A stretch of DNA of 64,000 nucleotides from Bacteroidales bacterium (GCA_035299085.1 DATGXG010000041.1:55151-119150); one strand, 5' to 3'; positions 1 through 9,897 are shown, numbered from the stretch's first letter. Numbers and translations are program-made. The notes: generated by a model from the sequence alone, not told the origin.

Positions 1-1226
1 TAAGACTGCGCAAAACTTCCGGCACCAATAAAACCGATATTGAATTTCTGAATTGAAAGGGGGTTTACAGATACCGCCTGTTTTTTCACAAGAGCCTGAT
101 CAGGGTATTCGAGTACTATTCCTACAAAATATTCGCTTTTCTTTCCGAGTATGATATCGTAAGCGTCTACTGCCTGTTCAATATTGAAAACATGCGTTGT
201 AAGCGGTTTAAGGTCAACACTACCGTTTGAAATCAATTTTAAAAAGGCCTCCATATTCCGCTGTTCAGTCCATCTGACATAACCATAGGGATAATCAAGA
301 CCTTCTTCTTCATAAAAAGTGTCATAACGTCCGGGGCCATAGGAACATGACATTTTTAGTTCCAGTTCCTTTCTGTAATAATCGGGGTCACGGGGCAGTT
401 CCATTTTAACCGCACCAACAATGACAACGGCGCCTTTTTTTCGGAGTATCTGCCCTGCAAGTTCGACAGGGTCATTTGTCTGTCCTGCCGCTGTAATGAT
501 AACTGTGTCGAATCCGTTTCCATTTGTAAAGTTTTCGGCAGCGGTGATCAAATTCGGATCATTGCGTTCAATTGCAGTGGCTGCCCGGGTATCGTTTGCA
601 AGCCTGACCATTTTTGCTGAAACATCAACTCCAAAAACATTGCAGCCGTTAGCTCGCAGGATTTGACAGGTCATTTGACCAAGCAAACCCAGGCCAATCA
701 CGCATACGTTATCACCAAGTTTGGGATCTGCCTGCCTTACACCCTGAAGTGCTATGGCTCCCAGGGTTGTATAACTGGCATATTTCATTTCCACATTATC
801 CGGTATTTTGGCTACAAGATTCTGTGGTACACATACCACTTCGGCATGTGAAGCATACCCAAGTCCGGCACAGGCTACCCTGTCACCCGGTTTAAATTTT
901 CCGGTCCTGTCCATAGAGGCTAGTACAATACCGGCACTACTGTAGCCTAATGCTTTAAGTGAATCCAGCTTTGTTTTGACTTTTTCGATGGTGGCTTTGA
1001 GCCCTTCCTTTTTATAATTCTGCAATACCTGTTTTACAAGGTCAGGTCGCATTTTGGCTTTTCCCAGAAGGCTTGCCTGGGCGGTACTCACCGTAGTTTT
1101 TTCAGTACCTGCGCTTATAAGAGAATAGGAATTGGCAATAAGAACATAACCTTCACTGATGGAAGGAGCAGCTAACTCATCGACATAAAGTTCCCCTGTT
1201 TTAAAATTCTGGATTAGTTGTTTCAT
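1..1226 (-). CDS. Bi-domain oxidoreductase, 3' end cut by the window edge. An MDR/Zn-alcohol-dehydrogenase-like module is followed by the start of a Gfo/Idh/MocA-type Rossmann module.
   Basis: Absent from the ORF track because it runs off the window. My own minus-strand translation from ATG 1226-1224 gives MKQLIQNFKTGELYVDELAAPS... It has an internal dinucleotide-binding motif VIGLGLLGQ and a second Rossmann start, KFNIGFIGAGSFAQS, at bases ~60-3. The frame stays open to base 3. The + strand ORFs 421..666 and 663..851 are shadows of this gene. Confidence 0.7.
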   Translation of the reverse strand, partial: MKQLIQNFKTGELYVDELAAPSISEGYVLIANSYSLISAGTEKTTVSTAQASLLGKAKMRPDLVKQVLQNYKKEGLKATIEKVKTKLDSLKALGYSSAGIVLASMDRTGKFKPGDRVACAGLGYASHAEVVCVPQNLVAKIPDNVEMKYASYTTLGAIALQGVRQADPKLGDNVCVIGLGLLGQMTCQILRANGCNVFGVDVSAKMVRLANDTRAATAIERNDPNLITAAENFTNGNGFDTVIITAAGQTNDPVELAGQILRKKGAVVIVGAVKMELPRDPDYYRKELELKMSCSYGPGRYDTFYEEEGLDYPYGYVRWTEQRNMEAFLKLISNGSVDLKPLTTHVFNIEQAVDAYDIILGKKSEYFVGIVLEYPDQALVKKQAVSVNPLSIQKFNIGFIGAGSFAQS

Positions 1227-1236
1227 TTATATTCGT

Positions 1237-2001
1237 CTAAAGATTTTTATAATTTACTAAGGTATGATCTTTCATTAAGTTCAAAAACAAAGGATTCTGG
1301 AGAAAAAGTGTGTCAAAGTCATTACTGTCATTTGGATGACTTTCGATTTCAACACATTTATAATCAGTTTGAAGCATTAGTGATAATCGTTCAAGATTCT
1401 GTTCTACAGCATTTTGAGGATACCGAAACAATTCGAAGTAGCCATCAGGTGTTTTCAGATTGTTTCTTGTAATAAACTGGTGCAGGTTACGGTAGCCTTT
1501 TTTAATAAAATCGGGTTTGCGGGGGGCAATTATACGTTGTGAACGGATGGAAGGGATTCCGTATTTCTTGGCAAGTTTGATTACCTGGAATAATATGGGA
1601 AAATACAGGTGTAAATGGTGATGGTGGTCTAAATGGGTTACTTTTATGCCGTTATCAAAAACCTTTTGGAGCTGCAGTTCATATTCCTTAAAGATATCGT
1701 CGACTGAAAAACTGAAAGTTCTGAGTTTGCGGATAGTTTCATCCCTTTCAAAGAACTGATTTTTAGATGCATCAATAGTCGAATTCTGATAATTGTTCAT
1801 ATTGAAAGGGCCGTCAAGGCAAAGATGAACCCCAACGCCCAGTCCGGGAGAAGATTTTATGATCTTTACTGCATCATCAAATGATTCAGAGTTAGCTATT
1901 ACAGTGGCACTCAAAATAATACCTTTGTCATGTAGGACTTTTACACATTGATTCAATTCATTTGTCAGTCCAAAGTCATCCGCATTAATAATGATCCGCA
2001 T
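1237..2001 (-). CDS. ChbG/YdjC-family carbohydrate deacetylase
   Basis: The N-terminus MRIIINADDFGLT is the hallmark of the YdjC/ChbG family. VGVHL and an HLDHHHHLH His cluster are also present. Only 10 nt separate it from the upstream oxidoreductase gene. Confidence 0.75.
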   Translation of the reverse strand: MRIIINADDFGLTNELNQCVKVLHDKGIILSATVIANSESFDDAVKIIKSSPGLGVGVHLCLDGPFNMNNYQNSTIDASKNQFFERDETIRKLRTFSFSVDDIFKEYELQLQKVFDNGIKVTHLDHHHHLHLYFPILFQVIKLAKKYGIPSIRSQRIIAPRKPDFIKKGYRNLHQFITRNNLKTPDGYFELFRYPQNAVEQNLERLSLMLQTDYKCVEIESHPNDSNDFDTLFLQNPLFLNLMKDHTLVNYKNL

Positions 2002-2013
2002 TGAAAGTGTAAG

Positions 2014-3093
2014 TTATTTGCAATATGTAATAAATTGATCCATACGTAAATCCCATGTGTTATTCTTTGCAAAATTCACCCTGGATTGTATAAGTTCGCT
2101 GTTATTCTCATTAAATGCCTTAACAATTAAGTCCGGAAAATGATGCATTTCATCCACAGGATAAATTAATTTTTCGGGCAAATCGATCGTTGATAAGCTC
2201 TTAAGTTTTGTGGTTACAACGGGTTTCCCCACAGCAAGGTAAATAAACATTTTGTTCGGAATTCCACCTTCATTTACTTTTTTGTTTGCATACGGCGCGA
2301 TGGCCACATCAAAATCATTCACAGCAGCAAGCAGTTCCTTATCGGTAAGAGTACCTTTACGAATCACCCTGTCCTTTTTTTCTATATTCTCATAGAATTG
2401 AGGATCAACAGGGCCAATAAAAGTGATTATACAGTCAACATTCTGCAATATATTATTAACCAAATCAGATGATAGATTATAATTCGAAATGAACCCTACC
2501 AGTCCAATGTTCAACGGGTGTTCCGTTTCATTTTTAGCAGCAGGAATCACATCGAATTCATGGATATCAGGACCACCAAGCAGAATTTCATAACTCGAAG
2601 GATTCCATTTCAGCAGGTTTGCAGTAATCATTGGTGATGTTCCAATGCAGAACACCGATGACTTCATAATTTTCCGTTCACAGTACTCATGGTACCTGTA
2701 AATCGGCCAGACATTTATCTTACGGCTGATCGATGAAAAATTATCATTACAGTAATAATATACAGTTTTAAAATACCTGAAAATTTTGTGTGCGGTAAAG
2801 TCAAAGTTAATCACCTTTCTGTCGTTGTATCTTTTCCTCAGCCATCTGAAAAGCCATGCCTGGTAAATTTCATTTAACAACGGAATCCGGTAACGGATGC
2901 GCACATCAATGGGGAAAAATGGCTGGATTACAGTCAGGTTTGAATGAACCGGATACTTCTTGATTTTCGGAAATCCTTTTTTATTGGCGGAAACAAAAAC
3001 CACATCATATTTTTTCGCAAGAGCCCCTGCTACCTGGTGTCTTGCACGGGGAGGCTCATCCCATGCTGTAAGGGTATTTATTAAAAACTTCAT
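2014..3093 (-). CDS. Glycosyltransferase (GT-B fold, GT4/TuaH-like), tentative
   Basis: 359 aa in an EPS-locus context. The C-terminal half shows a GT-B donor-binding-like pattern (GTLTDKELLAAVNDFDVAIAPY...EGGIPNKMFIYLAVGKPVV). The family assignment is from memory, not from an HMM. Confidence 0.55.
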   Translation of the reverse strand: MKFLINTLTAWDEPPRARHQVAGALAKKYDVVFVSANKKGFPKIKKYPVHSNLTVIQPFFPIDVRIRYRIPLLNEIYQAWLFRWLRKRYNDRKVINFDFTAHKIFRYFKTVYYYCNDNFSSISRKINVWPIYRYHEYCERKIMKSSVFCIGTSPMITANLLKWNPSSYEILLGGPDIHEFDVIPAAKNETEHPLNIGLVGFISNYNLSSDLVNNILQNVDCIITFIGPVDPQFYENIEKKDRVIRKGTLTDKELLAAVNDFDVAIAPYANKKVNEGGIPNKMFIYLAVGKPVVTTKLKSLSTIDLPEKLIYPVDEMHHFPDLIVKAFNENNSELIQSRVNFAKNNTWDLRMDQFITYCK

Positions 3094-3233
3094 ATCTTAA
3101 ACTGTCAGATCGCGAAGTTCAAAAAAGAATCTAAGAATAGCATCGCATCAAATTTTCTACGGAAAAAAGTTTTTTAGGATATATAATTCACTAACAATTT
3201 TCAACATAATGAGTTTTTGCCTCCGTTCAAATG

Positions 3234-3249
3234 GGTGATATATATCACC
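3234..3249. promoter_or_regulatory. Perfect 16-bp palindrome GGTGATATATATCACC in the divergent promoter region
   Basis: Read directly from the sequence; it is its own reverse complement. It lies between the divergent glycosyltransferase (-) and beta-helix gene (+), 10 nt before the distal TTTCGTCAAT copy. Confidence 0.4.
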
Positions 3250-3284
3250 AATCATAACTTTCGTCAATTATTCTCGTATATTCA

Positions 3285-3314
3285 TCAAAAAAATTAACCC
3301 ATTCGTCAATATTT
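3285..3314 (+). promoter_or_regulatory. Conserved bipartite motif TCAAAA-N13-CGTCAATATTT (copy P1) upstream of beta-helix gene 1. A second CGTCAAT core lies at 3262-3268.
   Basis: The same blocks with the same 13-nt spacer occur at 6670-6699 in front of the paralog. The spacer and flanking sequence have diverged. No TAnnTTTG box is visible here. Confidence 0.5.
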
Positions 3315-3337
3315 TTTCACGTTTCAGCTAATTGAGT

Positions 3338-6300
3338 ATGCGTAAGATTGGAAAGTTAAGTCAAAAACAGGGATTGGTCTGTCTCATTTTAGTTGTATTA
3401 GCAAGTATTCAAACGGTAAAAGCAAGTTATGACAGCACTTATGTGCTTGCCGTGAAGCAAAAGTATGCCATTCCGGAAGTTGTAGAAAACAATGATTATG
3501 TGGGTATCTGGCTCAAGACGTATACTTGGATGTCAAAGGGTACAATTACATTTTCAATTGAGAGGAATTTCCGTTCTGCATTTTCAATTAACAGCACTTC
3601 GGGTTTGATCACCATATCGGATGCATCGGGGATCAATGGAAAAATTGTTCAGCAGGATACCGTGATCAATCTGATTATCAGAACCACTGATAATATAAAC
3701 GGATATGAACTGGATACATGTGAAATAAGGGTAAAGGAAAAGTCTTCCTGCATTTTCTATAATTTCCAGGGCTCACAGGGTAACGGAACCAGAGCAAACC
3801 CTTATAACTCCCTAAGTTCAGTCGCATTCAAACCGGGTTATGGATATTTTCTTAAAAGGGGTACCGTATCTGATGGAGAGACAACCATAATTTCAGGTAT
3901 TATTTCAGATGCCCGCCATCCCATGCTCATTGCTGCGTACGGAAAAGGTAAAAAACCGGTCTTTGACGGGACCAATGCTCCTTTACAAAGCCAGTGTTTT
4001 TATTTTGGGGATGAAGATAATCAGGAAGCGGGGCGGTGTGAATACCTGTATGTATATGATGTGGATATAAAGGATTATACTTGGTGTGCCATGGAAGTCT
4101 ACAGAACCAGCAGGAATCTTGGTTTTTACAACGTTTACCTGCACAACAATGATATAAACGGGCGCCAGTCCATGTTTGTGATAAGTACTTCGAGTTATGC
4201 TGATACAGCCAGTTATGATCCTTTTGAGCTTATAAATTGCGAATTTGACACGGTAGGCAGAGTTACCAATTTTGAACCTTCTCATATAAAAATCGGATCC
4301 GGGCCTATTTATTTAACGAATTGCCGGTTCGGAAGCTCTGCCAAGTCAGGAGTTAGGTTTGCAGATGGCAACCATGGCGGTATAATGAAGCACTGCCTTG
4401 TTGAAACCGGGCAGTTTACCAATCAGATATCATATTATGCTGTGCAGGTAAGAATGGATAATACCACAATTGAGGATTGCCGGTTTTTGGGGGGAAGCTC
4501 TTCAGTTTATATCACAGCTCCGGGTGATGCAAATTGTTATGAAATGCAGCCTCACCATGTAACTGTAAAAAACTGTTACATGGAAAATGCAATAGTGGCC
4601 GCTATATGGGTAGCCCCGCCCAACGATCAGTACCAGGCATCAACAGGACATGTTTACAAAGACAACCTTATTAAAAATACAGGTATTGGCATCCACGACA
4701 GGAATGGTAACGGAACCTTAATCCAGCGCAATAAGATCTTCAATACCAATCTGGGAATTTATGTTAGTGATGAATGGTCAGGTAAAGGAAAAAACATAAA
4801 AATATCAAACAACCTTATTTATAATTGTTCCGACAAAGCTATTTTTATCGAAAACGGTGATAAATATACTGTTGTGAGAAACACAATAAATGGTAAGCTG
4901 GATGTTAAAGGAGCCACCAACACAACCGTGATAAACAATATGTATGTTTCATTAACCGGCGGCAATACAGTAGACAGGAACCTGGAGATCGGTTCTGTTC
5001 CTGCAGATGATTATTTTGTCAATTTTAAAGGAAACGATTATTGTTTGAAAACAACAGCTTCCAAAGCTATCAACCAGGGTGTAAGTGACGGAATAACCCA
5101 GGATTATGCCTTAAATCCTGTTGTCGGAAATCCTGATATCGGAGCATGGGAATATGTAGCGTATACAGTTGAAAATCCACCCGACCCGGATACTCCATCG
5201 GTTGAGCCGCCTGTTGTTGTAAATCCTCCTTCACCCCCTCCTATTGTTACAGACGGTAACATTTATATTGATCCTGAAAACACTGGAGATGCGCTTGAAA
5301 ACGGGACCAAAGACCATCCGTACAATTCATGGGCAGATGTAAAATGGGCTGAAGGCAAATCCTACCTGCAGAAGAAAGGGACTACAGCCAATGAAGACAA
5401 AGTAATTATAGGGGCGAGTAATGTAAAAATCGGATCATATGGTACTGGAGCCTTGCCACGTATAGTAAGCAATACGACCACTTACCTGATCAGCTCATTC
5501 GAAAAGAAGAACATCAGTATCACGGGACTTCAGCTTGAAGCCCCGAACTCGGTAAGCACTGTATACTTTCTCGGAAGCACAAGTGATAATATAACAATTG
5601 AAATGTGTTTGCTGAAAGGAAGTGAAAACAGCATACGGATAGTTGAAGGAAAGCATTTTACAATCCGATACAATACAATCAGCAGTGAAGGTGAAGGGAT
5701 CAGCTCATCAGCAGAATCTAATGATCTGTATTACAATATTTTCAAAGAAAATGACGTGGCCATTCTGATACCCAGTGTTCTCTCCAAAGCCCGCATTTAT
5801 AATAATGTATTTGCCGGCAACAATGAATCAGTCAGTTCCACATACGCTGATCTCACACTTTGTAATAACATATTCTATTTCTTTGAAAACGGTCAGAAAG
5901 CCATTACGCAACTTTCAGCCAAAATTGCATCCGATAATAACATCTATTTCCCTCAGCAGGCTGGCTTTGCTTCCATTGCAGGTAAATCATACAGTACACT
6001 CGACCAATTGCAGAAGGATCTGAAAGTTGATTTGAATTCATTTGAAAAAGATCCGCTGTTTGTTGACATTCTTGCCGACGATTTCAACCTGGCGAATAAT
6101 TCTCCGGCCATCGACAACGGAATCAATATTAATATCACAAAAGACTTCATCGGAACCAGTGTACCACATTATTCCGCTCCTGACATAGGTATTTTGGAAT
6201 TTACCGGTTTGATTGCAAATCAGGATAAACCCGGCCTGAAAGTCTATCCCAATCCAAGTTCGGGCATATTGAATATTGATTTCCAGGAAGTTATCGAAAA

Positions 6301-6511
6301 TGAAACTTATAATCCCCAGGCAAGCGGAATTTCCTCTCCAGTCCTTAAACTGGCGGATTTATCAGGAAGAGTATTAATCACACGATCAGTAAGCAATTCT
6401 GATAACAGCGTTGAATCGATTGATTTATCATCAATGGCAAACGGAATTTACCTTGTAATCTTTGAACGCCTGGGCAAAAAACTTGTCGAAAAAGTTATCC
6501 TTTCCAGGTAA
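3338..6511 (+). CDS. T9SS-secreted protein with a cadherin-like N-domain and two right-handed parallel beta-helix modules joined by a Pro-rich linker
   Basis: - Signal peptide: LVCLILVVLASIQTVKA.
- PbH1-like repeats rich in N/G/I (e.g. NNLIYNCSDKAIFIENG).
- Linker: ENPPDPDTPSVEPPVVVNPPSPPP.
- Second module opens IYIDPENTGDALENGTKDHPYNSW.
- C-terminus KVYPNPSSGILNIDF...ANGIYLVIFE is typical of a Por secretion tail.
- I chose the ATG at 3338; the track's TTG at 3332 is less likely. Confidence 0.8.
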   Translation: MRKIGKLSQKQGLVCLILVVLASIQTVKASYDSTYVLAVKQKYAIPEVVENNDYVGIWLKTYTWMSKGTITFSIERNFRSAFSINSTSGLITISDASGINGKIVQQDTVINLIIRTTDNINGYELDTCEIRVKEKSSCIFYNFQGSQGNGTRANPYNSLSSVAFKPGYGYFLKRGTVSDGETTIISGIISDARHPMLIAAYGKGKKPVFDGTNAPLQSQCFYFGDEDNQEAGRCEYLYVYDVDIKDYTWCAMEVYRTSRNLGFYNVYLHNNDINGRQSMFVISTSSYADTASYDPFELINCEFDTVGRVTNFEPSHIKIGSGPIYLTNCRFGSSAKSGVRFADGNHGGIMKHCLVETGQFTNQISYYAVQVRMDNTTIEDCRFLGGSSSVYITAPGDANCYEMQPHHVTVKNCYMENAIVAAIWVAPPNDQYQASTGHVYKDNLIKNTGIGIHDRNGNGTLIQRNKIFNTNLGIYVSDEWSGKGKNIKISNNLIYNCSDKAIFIENGDKYTVVRNTINGKLDVKGATNTTVINNMYVSLTGGNTVDRNLEIGSVPADDYFVNFKGNDYCLKTTASKAINQGVSDGITQDYALNPVVGNPDIGAWEYVAYTVENPPDPDTPSVEPPVVVNPPSPPPIVTDGNIYIDPENTGDALENGTKDHPYNSWADVKWAEGKSYLQKKGTTANEDKVIIGASNVKIGSYGTGALPRIVSNTTTYLISSFEKKNISITGLQLEAPNSVSTVYFLGSTSDNITIEMCLLKGSENSIRIVEGKHFTIRYNTISSEGEGISSSAESNDLYYNIFKENDVAILIPSVLSKARIYNNVFAGNNESVSSTYADLTLCNNIFYFFENGQKAITQLSAKIASDNNIYFPQQAGFASIAGKSYSTLDQLQKDLKVDLNSFEKDPLFVDILADDFNLANNSPAIDNGININITKDFIGTSVPHYSAPDIGILEFTGLIANQDKPGLKVYPNPSSGILNIDFQEVIENETYNPQASGISSPVLKLADLSGRVLITRSVSNSDNSVESIDLSSMANGIYLVIFERLGKKLVEKVILSR

Positions 6512-6642
6512 GATGAGGAATATCACTTCTGCGTTATGAACAATTTCCGCTCTACACAACCAACTGATTTATTTACATTTCAGGTATAAGCCTGTTGATA
6601 ACCTGCTGCTAGAATTTAGGTCGGTAGCTAATTAAATTTTGC

Positions 6643-6708
6643 CATTCGTCAAATTAATCCATATATTGGTCAAAATTAATTAGTCTTTCGTCAATATTTA
6701 TTGACGAG
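6643..6708 (+). promoter_or_regulatory. Copy P2 of the motif set: CATTCGTCAAA (6643-6653), TCAAAA-N13-CGTCAATATTT (6670-6699), and the 20-bp inverted repeat TCGTCAAT-ATTT-ATTGACGA (6688-6707)
   Basis: Read directly. The two CGTCAA cores are ~41 bp apart, compared with ~42 bp in P1. The proximal core ends ~30 nt before ATG 6730. Confidence 0.5.
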
Positions 6709-6729
6709 TTAACCTAAAAACTTACTAGC

Positions 6730-9700
6730 ATGCCAAGCGTATTCCACAGAGCAAAACAAATGCTGTTATTTATCGGATTACTTAGTTTCTCCACTTTTCA
6801 ACTCATTAAAGCCGACTATCATGAACATTATGTAATGGCTGTAAAGCAAAAATTCGCAATTCCTGAGAATGTGCAAAACGGCGATTATGTTGGCTCATGG
6901 TTGAAAACTCTGACCTGGAAATCTTCCGGGGTATCTTTCAGAATTGAAAATAATTTCAAAAACGTCTTTGCCATTAATTCGTCAACCGGTCTGATTACCA
7001 TTGCCAATGCATCAGGAATTAACGGAAAGATTGTCAGGCAGGATACTTTGATCAATCTTCTGATTCGCACATCCGACGCCAGCGGAAGCGAAGTTGACAC
7101 TGCAATGATCTATGTAAAAGAAAATGCTTTCTGCAAATTCATTGATTATTCTTATCGGGGAACGGAAACAGGTAAACGCGACAAACCTTATAACGACCTC
7201 GATGACATTGCCCTGACACCCGGCTATGGGTATTTTCTCAAAAGAAAGAATATTATTAAGGATGAATATACTCCCATCACAGGACATAAAGCCACTCAGT
7301 CACATCCAACACTTATTGCAGCGTACGGGATTGGTAACCGCCCTGCGTTTACCGATGGTTCCAATATGTGTTTTTATATAGGTGATGCTACAGGCGGATC
7401 GGGTGATCCTGATGCCACTGCAACACAGTACGTTTATTTCTTCGATCTGTATATAAGAAATTATAATTCTGCCGCCATTTACAGCAGGAGAAAGAGCAAC
7501 AACATCGGGTTTTATAACCTGATCATCAATAACTGTGATAAAACGGATGTGGAGAGTACCATGGTGCTGAATACCAGTTCCTATTCGGATTACACCGCAA
7601 ACTATTCGTTTGAGGTGCTGAACTGCCGCTTTGATACAACAAGTATTAATTGCTCGAGCGGATGCGAGAAGAGTTTCATTAAAAATGGCGTCGGTCCCAC
7701 CAAAATCACGAACACTTACTTTGGATTTATAAATGGTGTAAGCCATGGATTGAGGCTTTCGGCGGGACATGGTTCAATAGTTAAACATTGTGTATTTAAC
7801 CAGGGCTCTGCAGTTACCACCACACAGAATGATGCCGGAATCCAGGTAAGACAGAATAATGTACGGATTGAGGATTGTATCTTTTATAACAAGGGAAACG
7901 GTGTGTTCATTACCAATCCCGGAACAATTGGTTCTGAGGCCCAGCCGGATTATATCACAGTTAAAAACTGCTATTTTAAAGGACAAGGTCTCAATGCAAT
8001 CCATGTGAGCCCGGTTACTTCATCCGATCTTCCGGGTGTGGGTCACGTTTTTGAAGACAATCTGATGGAAAATGTAGCAAACGGAATAGATCTGAGAGAT
8101 TGTTCAAATGCAGTTATCAGGCGCAATACAATGTCAGGCGGGAAGAATTCGGCAATTTCAACCGGGGGTTCAGAACCTTCAAACGGAACGCTGATTTATG
8201 ATAATATTATTTATGATTTTGGAGGGAAAGAGATTAACCTCACACAAGGCTCAAACATTAAGATCTTTAACAACACGGTGATTGGAAGTATTAGTGCTTC
8301 AGGATGTTCAAGCGTAAGCACCTATAATAACTACGCTTCTTCTTTTGAAGGAACCGGAACAGCTTCGCACAACCTGGATATTGACACCATCAATGTTACA
8401 ATGCATTTTGTCAATTTTACCGCACATGATCTGGATATTAAAGCCACAGCTTCAAGTTCAATTGACAAAGGACTTACAACCGACAATAAAATTGATCATT
8501 GTGGACTTAAAATCATCAACCTTCCGGATATCGGCGCCTGCGAATTAAAAACAACCGCCAACAATCCAACCACAGACATCAGCAATGATCCGACAAAAGT
8601 GCCTGCAGGAACTCCGGCTACAATGACAGGTTCAACTATTTACATTGATCCGTCCAATACGTCAGATCTCTCGGAGAACGGTTCAGTGGATCATCCATTC
8701 AGCTCCTGGTCGGATGTAAAATGGTTTTCAGGAAAAAGCTATTTGCAAAAGAGAGGTACAACCGCCTTCGAAGATAAAATTCTTATCGGTGCCGATAGCG
8801 TAACAATCGGATCATATGGTACCACTGGCGAATTACCGGTTATTTCAAGCAAAACCACAACCTACCTGGTAAGTGCATATGATAAGAAGAATATAACCAT
8901 ATCAAACTGCAATATCCAGGCTCCAGATGCAGTGAGTGCATTGTATTTTGCAGGCACCGCCTCTGACAACATTAGCATTCAGCATTGCTCCGTCACCGGT
9001 GTTTCAAACGGAATACGTGTAGCTTCAGGTCTGCATTTTAAAGCACAGTATAACATAATCAACAGCAAAGAAGAAGGTATTCAATCAACGGCATCGGAGA
9101 ATCAGATTTACTATAATGTTTTCAGAAACAATAAAATCGCTGTGAACATTCAGGGAAATGATGCAAAGGCAGATATCATCAATAACGTGTTTTATTCAAA
9201 CCACGAATCGGTTAGTACAACGTATGCTAAGCTGACTTTGTACAATAATATTTTTTATTTCACTGCCGAAGGCCAGAAAGCAATTAAAATGCTTTCACAG
9301 AACATAAGCTCGGATTATAACATCTTCTTTCCGGAACAAAACAGCATGGTGGATATATCAGGCAAATTATACAGTACAATTGACCAGATGCAAAAAGATA
9401 TGAAAATTGATGTCAATTCATTTTGTAAGGATCCTGTTTTTGCTGATGTAATAAATAACAACTTTAAGCTTGATAAGACTTCACCCGCAATTGACCGCGG
9501 TAAAATGGTGAATGTTTCAGTGGACTATTATAACAGTAAAGTTCCGTATGCTAATACAACAGATATTGGCATTCATGAATTCACAGGAAAGAAATCGATA
9601 GTTTCGGATTTGGATGAAGCTTCAAAATTGAAAGTGTACCCGAATCCATCCAAAGGAACTGTAAATGTAGATTTCGATCTTTTGAGTGAAAAATCAAGCG

Positions 9701-9897
9701 AGGAACCGGATCTTGTTCAAAAACCGGTTGTGAAACTATTGGACTTAACCGGTAAGCTGATGTTGAGGAAGGAAGTAAACGAGACAGCAGATCCTCTCGG
9801 AACGTTCGATTTAAGCGCATATGCAAACGGAATTTATATTGTAGTACTTGAATATTTCGGAAAATCAATATCGAAAAAACTGGTGTTGTACCGGTAA
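6730..9897 (+). CDS. Tandem paralog of 3338..6511: T9SS-secreted double beta-helix protein
   Basis: Collinear with the upstream gene along its whole length. Examples: YVMAVKQKFAIPENVQNGDYVGSWLKT versus YVLAVKQKYAIPEVVENNDYVGIWLKT, and IYIDPSNTSDLSENGSVDHPFSSW versus IYIDPENTGDALENGTKDHPYNSW. C-terminus: KVYPNPSKGTVNVDF...ANGIYIVVLE. Confidence 0.8.
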   Translation: MPSVFHRAKQMLLFIGLLSFSTFQLIKADYHEHYVMAVKQKFAIPENVQNGDYVGSWLKTLTWKSSGVSFRIENNFKNVFAINSSTGLITIANASGINGKIVRQDTLINLLIRTSDASGSEVDTAMIYVKENAFCKFIDYSYRGTETGKRDKPYNDLDDIALTPGYGYFLKRKNIIKDEYTPITGHKATQSHPTLIAAYGIGNRPAFTDGSNMCFYIGDATGGSGDPDATATQYVYFFDLYIRNYNSAAIYSRRKSNNIGFYNLIINNCDKTDVESTMVLNTSSYSDYTANYSFEVLNCRFDTTSINCSSGCEKSFIKNGVGPTKITNTYFGFINGVSHGLRLSAGHGSIVKHCVFNQGSAVTTTQNDAGIQVRQNNVRIEDCIFYNKGNGVFITNPGTIGSEAQPDYITVKNCYFKGQGLNAIHVSPVTSSDLPGVGHVFEDNLMENVANGIDLRDCSNAVIRRNTMSGGKNSAISTGGSEPSNGTLIYDNIIYDFGGKEINLTQGSNIKIFNNTVIGSISASGCSSVSTYNNYASSFEGTGTASHNLDIDTINVTMHFVNFTAHDLDIKATASSSIDKGLTTDNKIDHCGLKIINLPDIGACELKTTANNPTTDISNDPTKVPAGTPATMTGSTIYIDPSNTSDLSENGSVDHPFSSWSDVKWFSGKSYLQKRGTTAFEDKILIGADSVTIGSYGTTGELPVISSKTTTYLVSAYDKKNITISNCNIQAPDAVSALYFAGTASDNISIQHCSVTGVSNGIRVASGLHFKAQYNIINSKEEGIQSTASENQIYYNVFRNNKIAVNIQGNDAKADIINNVFYSNHESVSTTYAKLTLYNNIFYFTAEGQKAIKMLSQNISSDYNIFFPEQNSMVDISGKLYSTIDQMQKDMKIDVNSFCKDPVFADVINNNFKLDKTSPAIDRGKMVNVSVDYYNSKVPYANTTDIGIHEFTGKKSIVSDLDEASKLKVYPNPSKGTVNVDFDLLSEKSSEEPDLVQKPVVKLLDLTGKLMLRKEVNETADPLGTFDLSAYANGIYIVVLEYFGKSISKKLVLYR

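Noticed and set aside
421-851. The + strand ORFs 421..666 and 663..851
   Set aside because: They lie antisense to a continuous, motif-rich minus-strand oxidoreductase frame (1..1226) and have no recognisable motifs. They are shadow ORFs.
7012-8004. Minus-strand ORFs inside beta-helix gene 2 (7012..7287, 7300..7770, 7774..8004). The same applies to similar antisense ORFs over 100 aa elsewhere, such as 11114..11488, 31260..31697, 34262..34627, 39001..39651, 54811..55182 and 56247..56630.
   Set aside because: Each one overlaps a long ORF on the opposite strand that has clear family motifs. Their sequences are low-complexity or compositionally odd. None has its own upstream signals.
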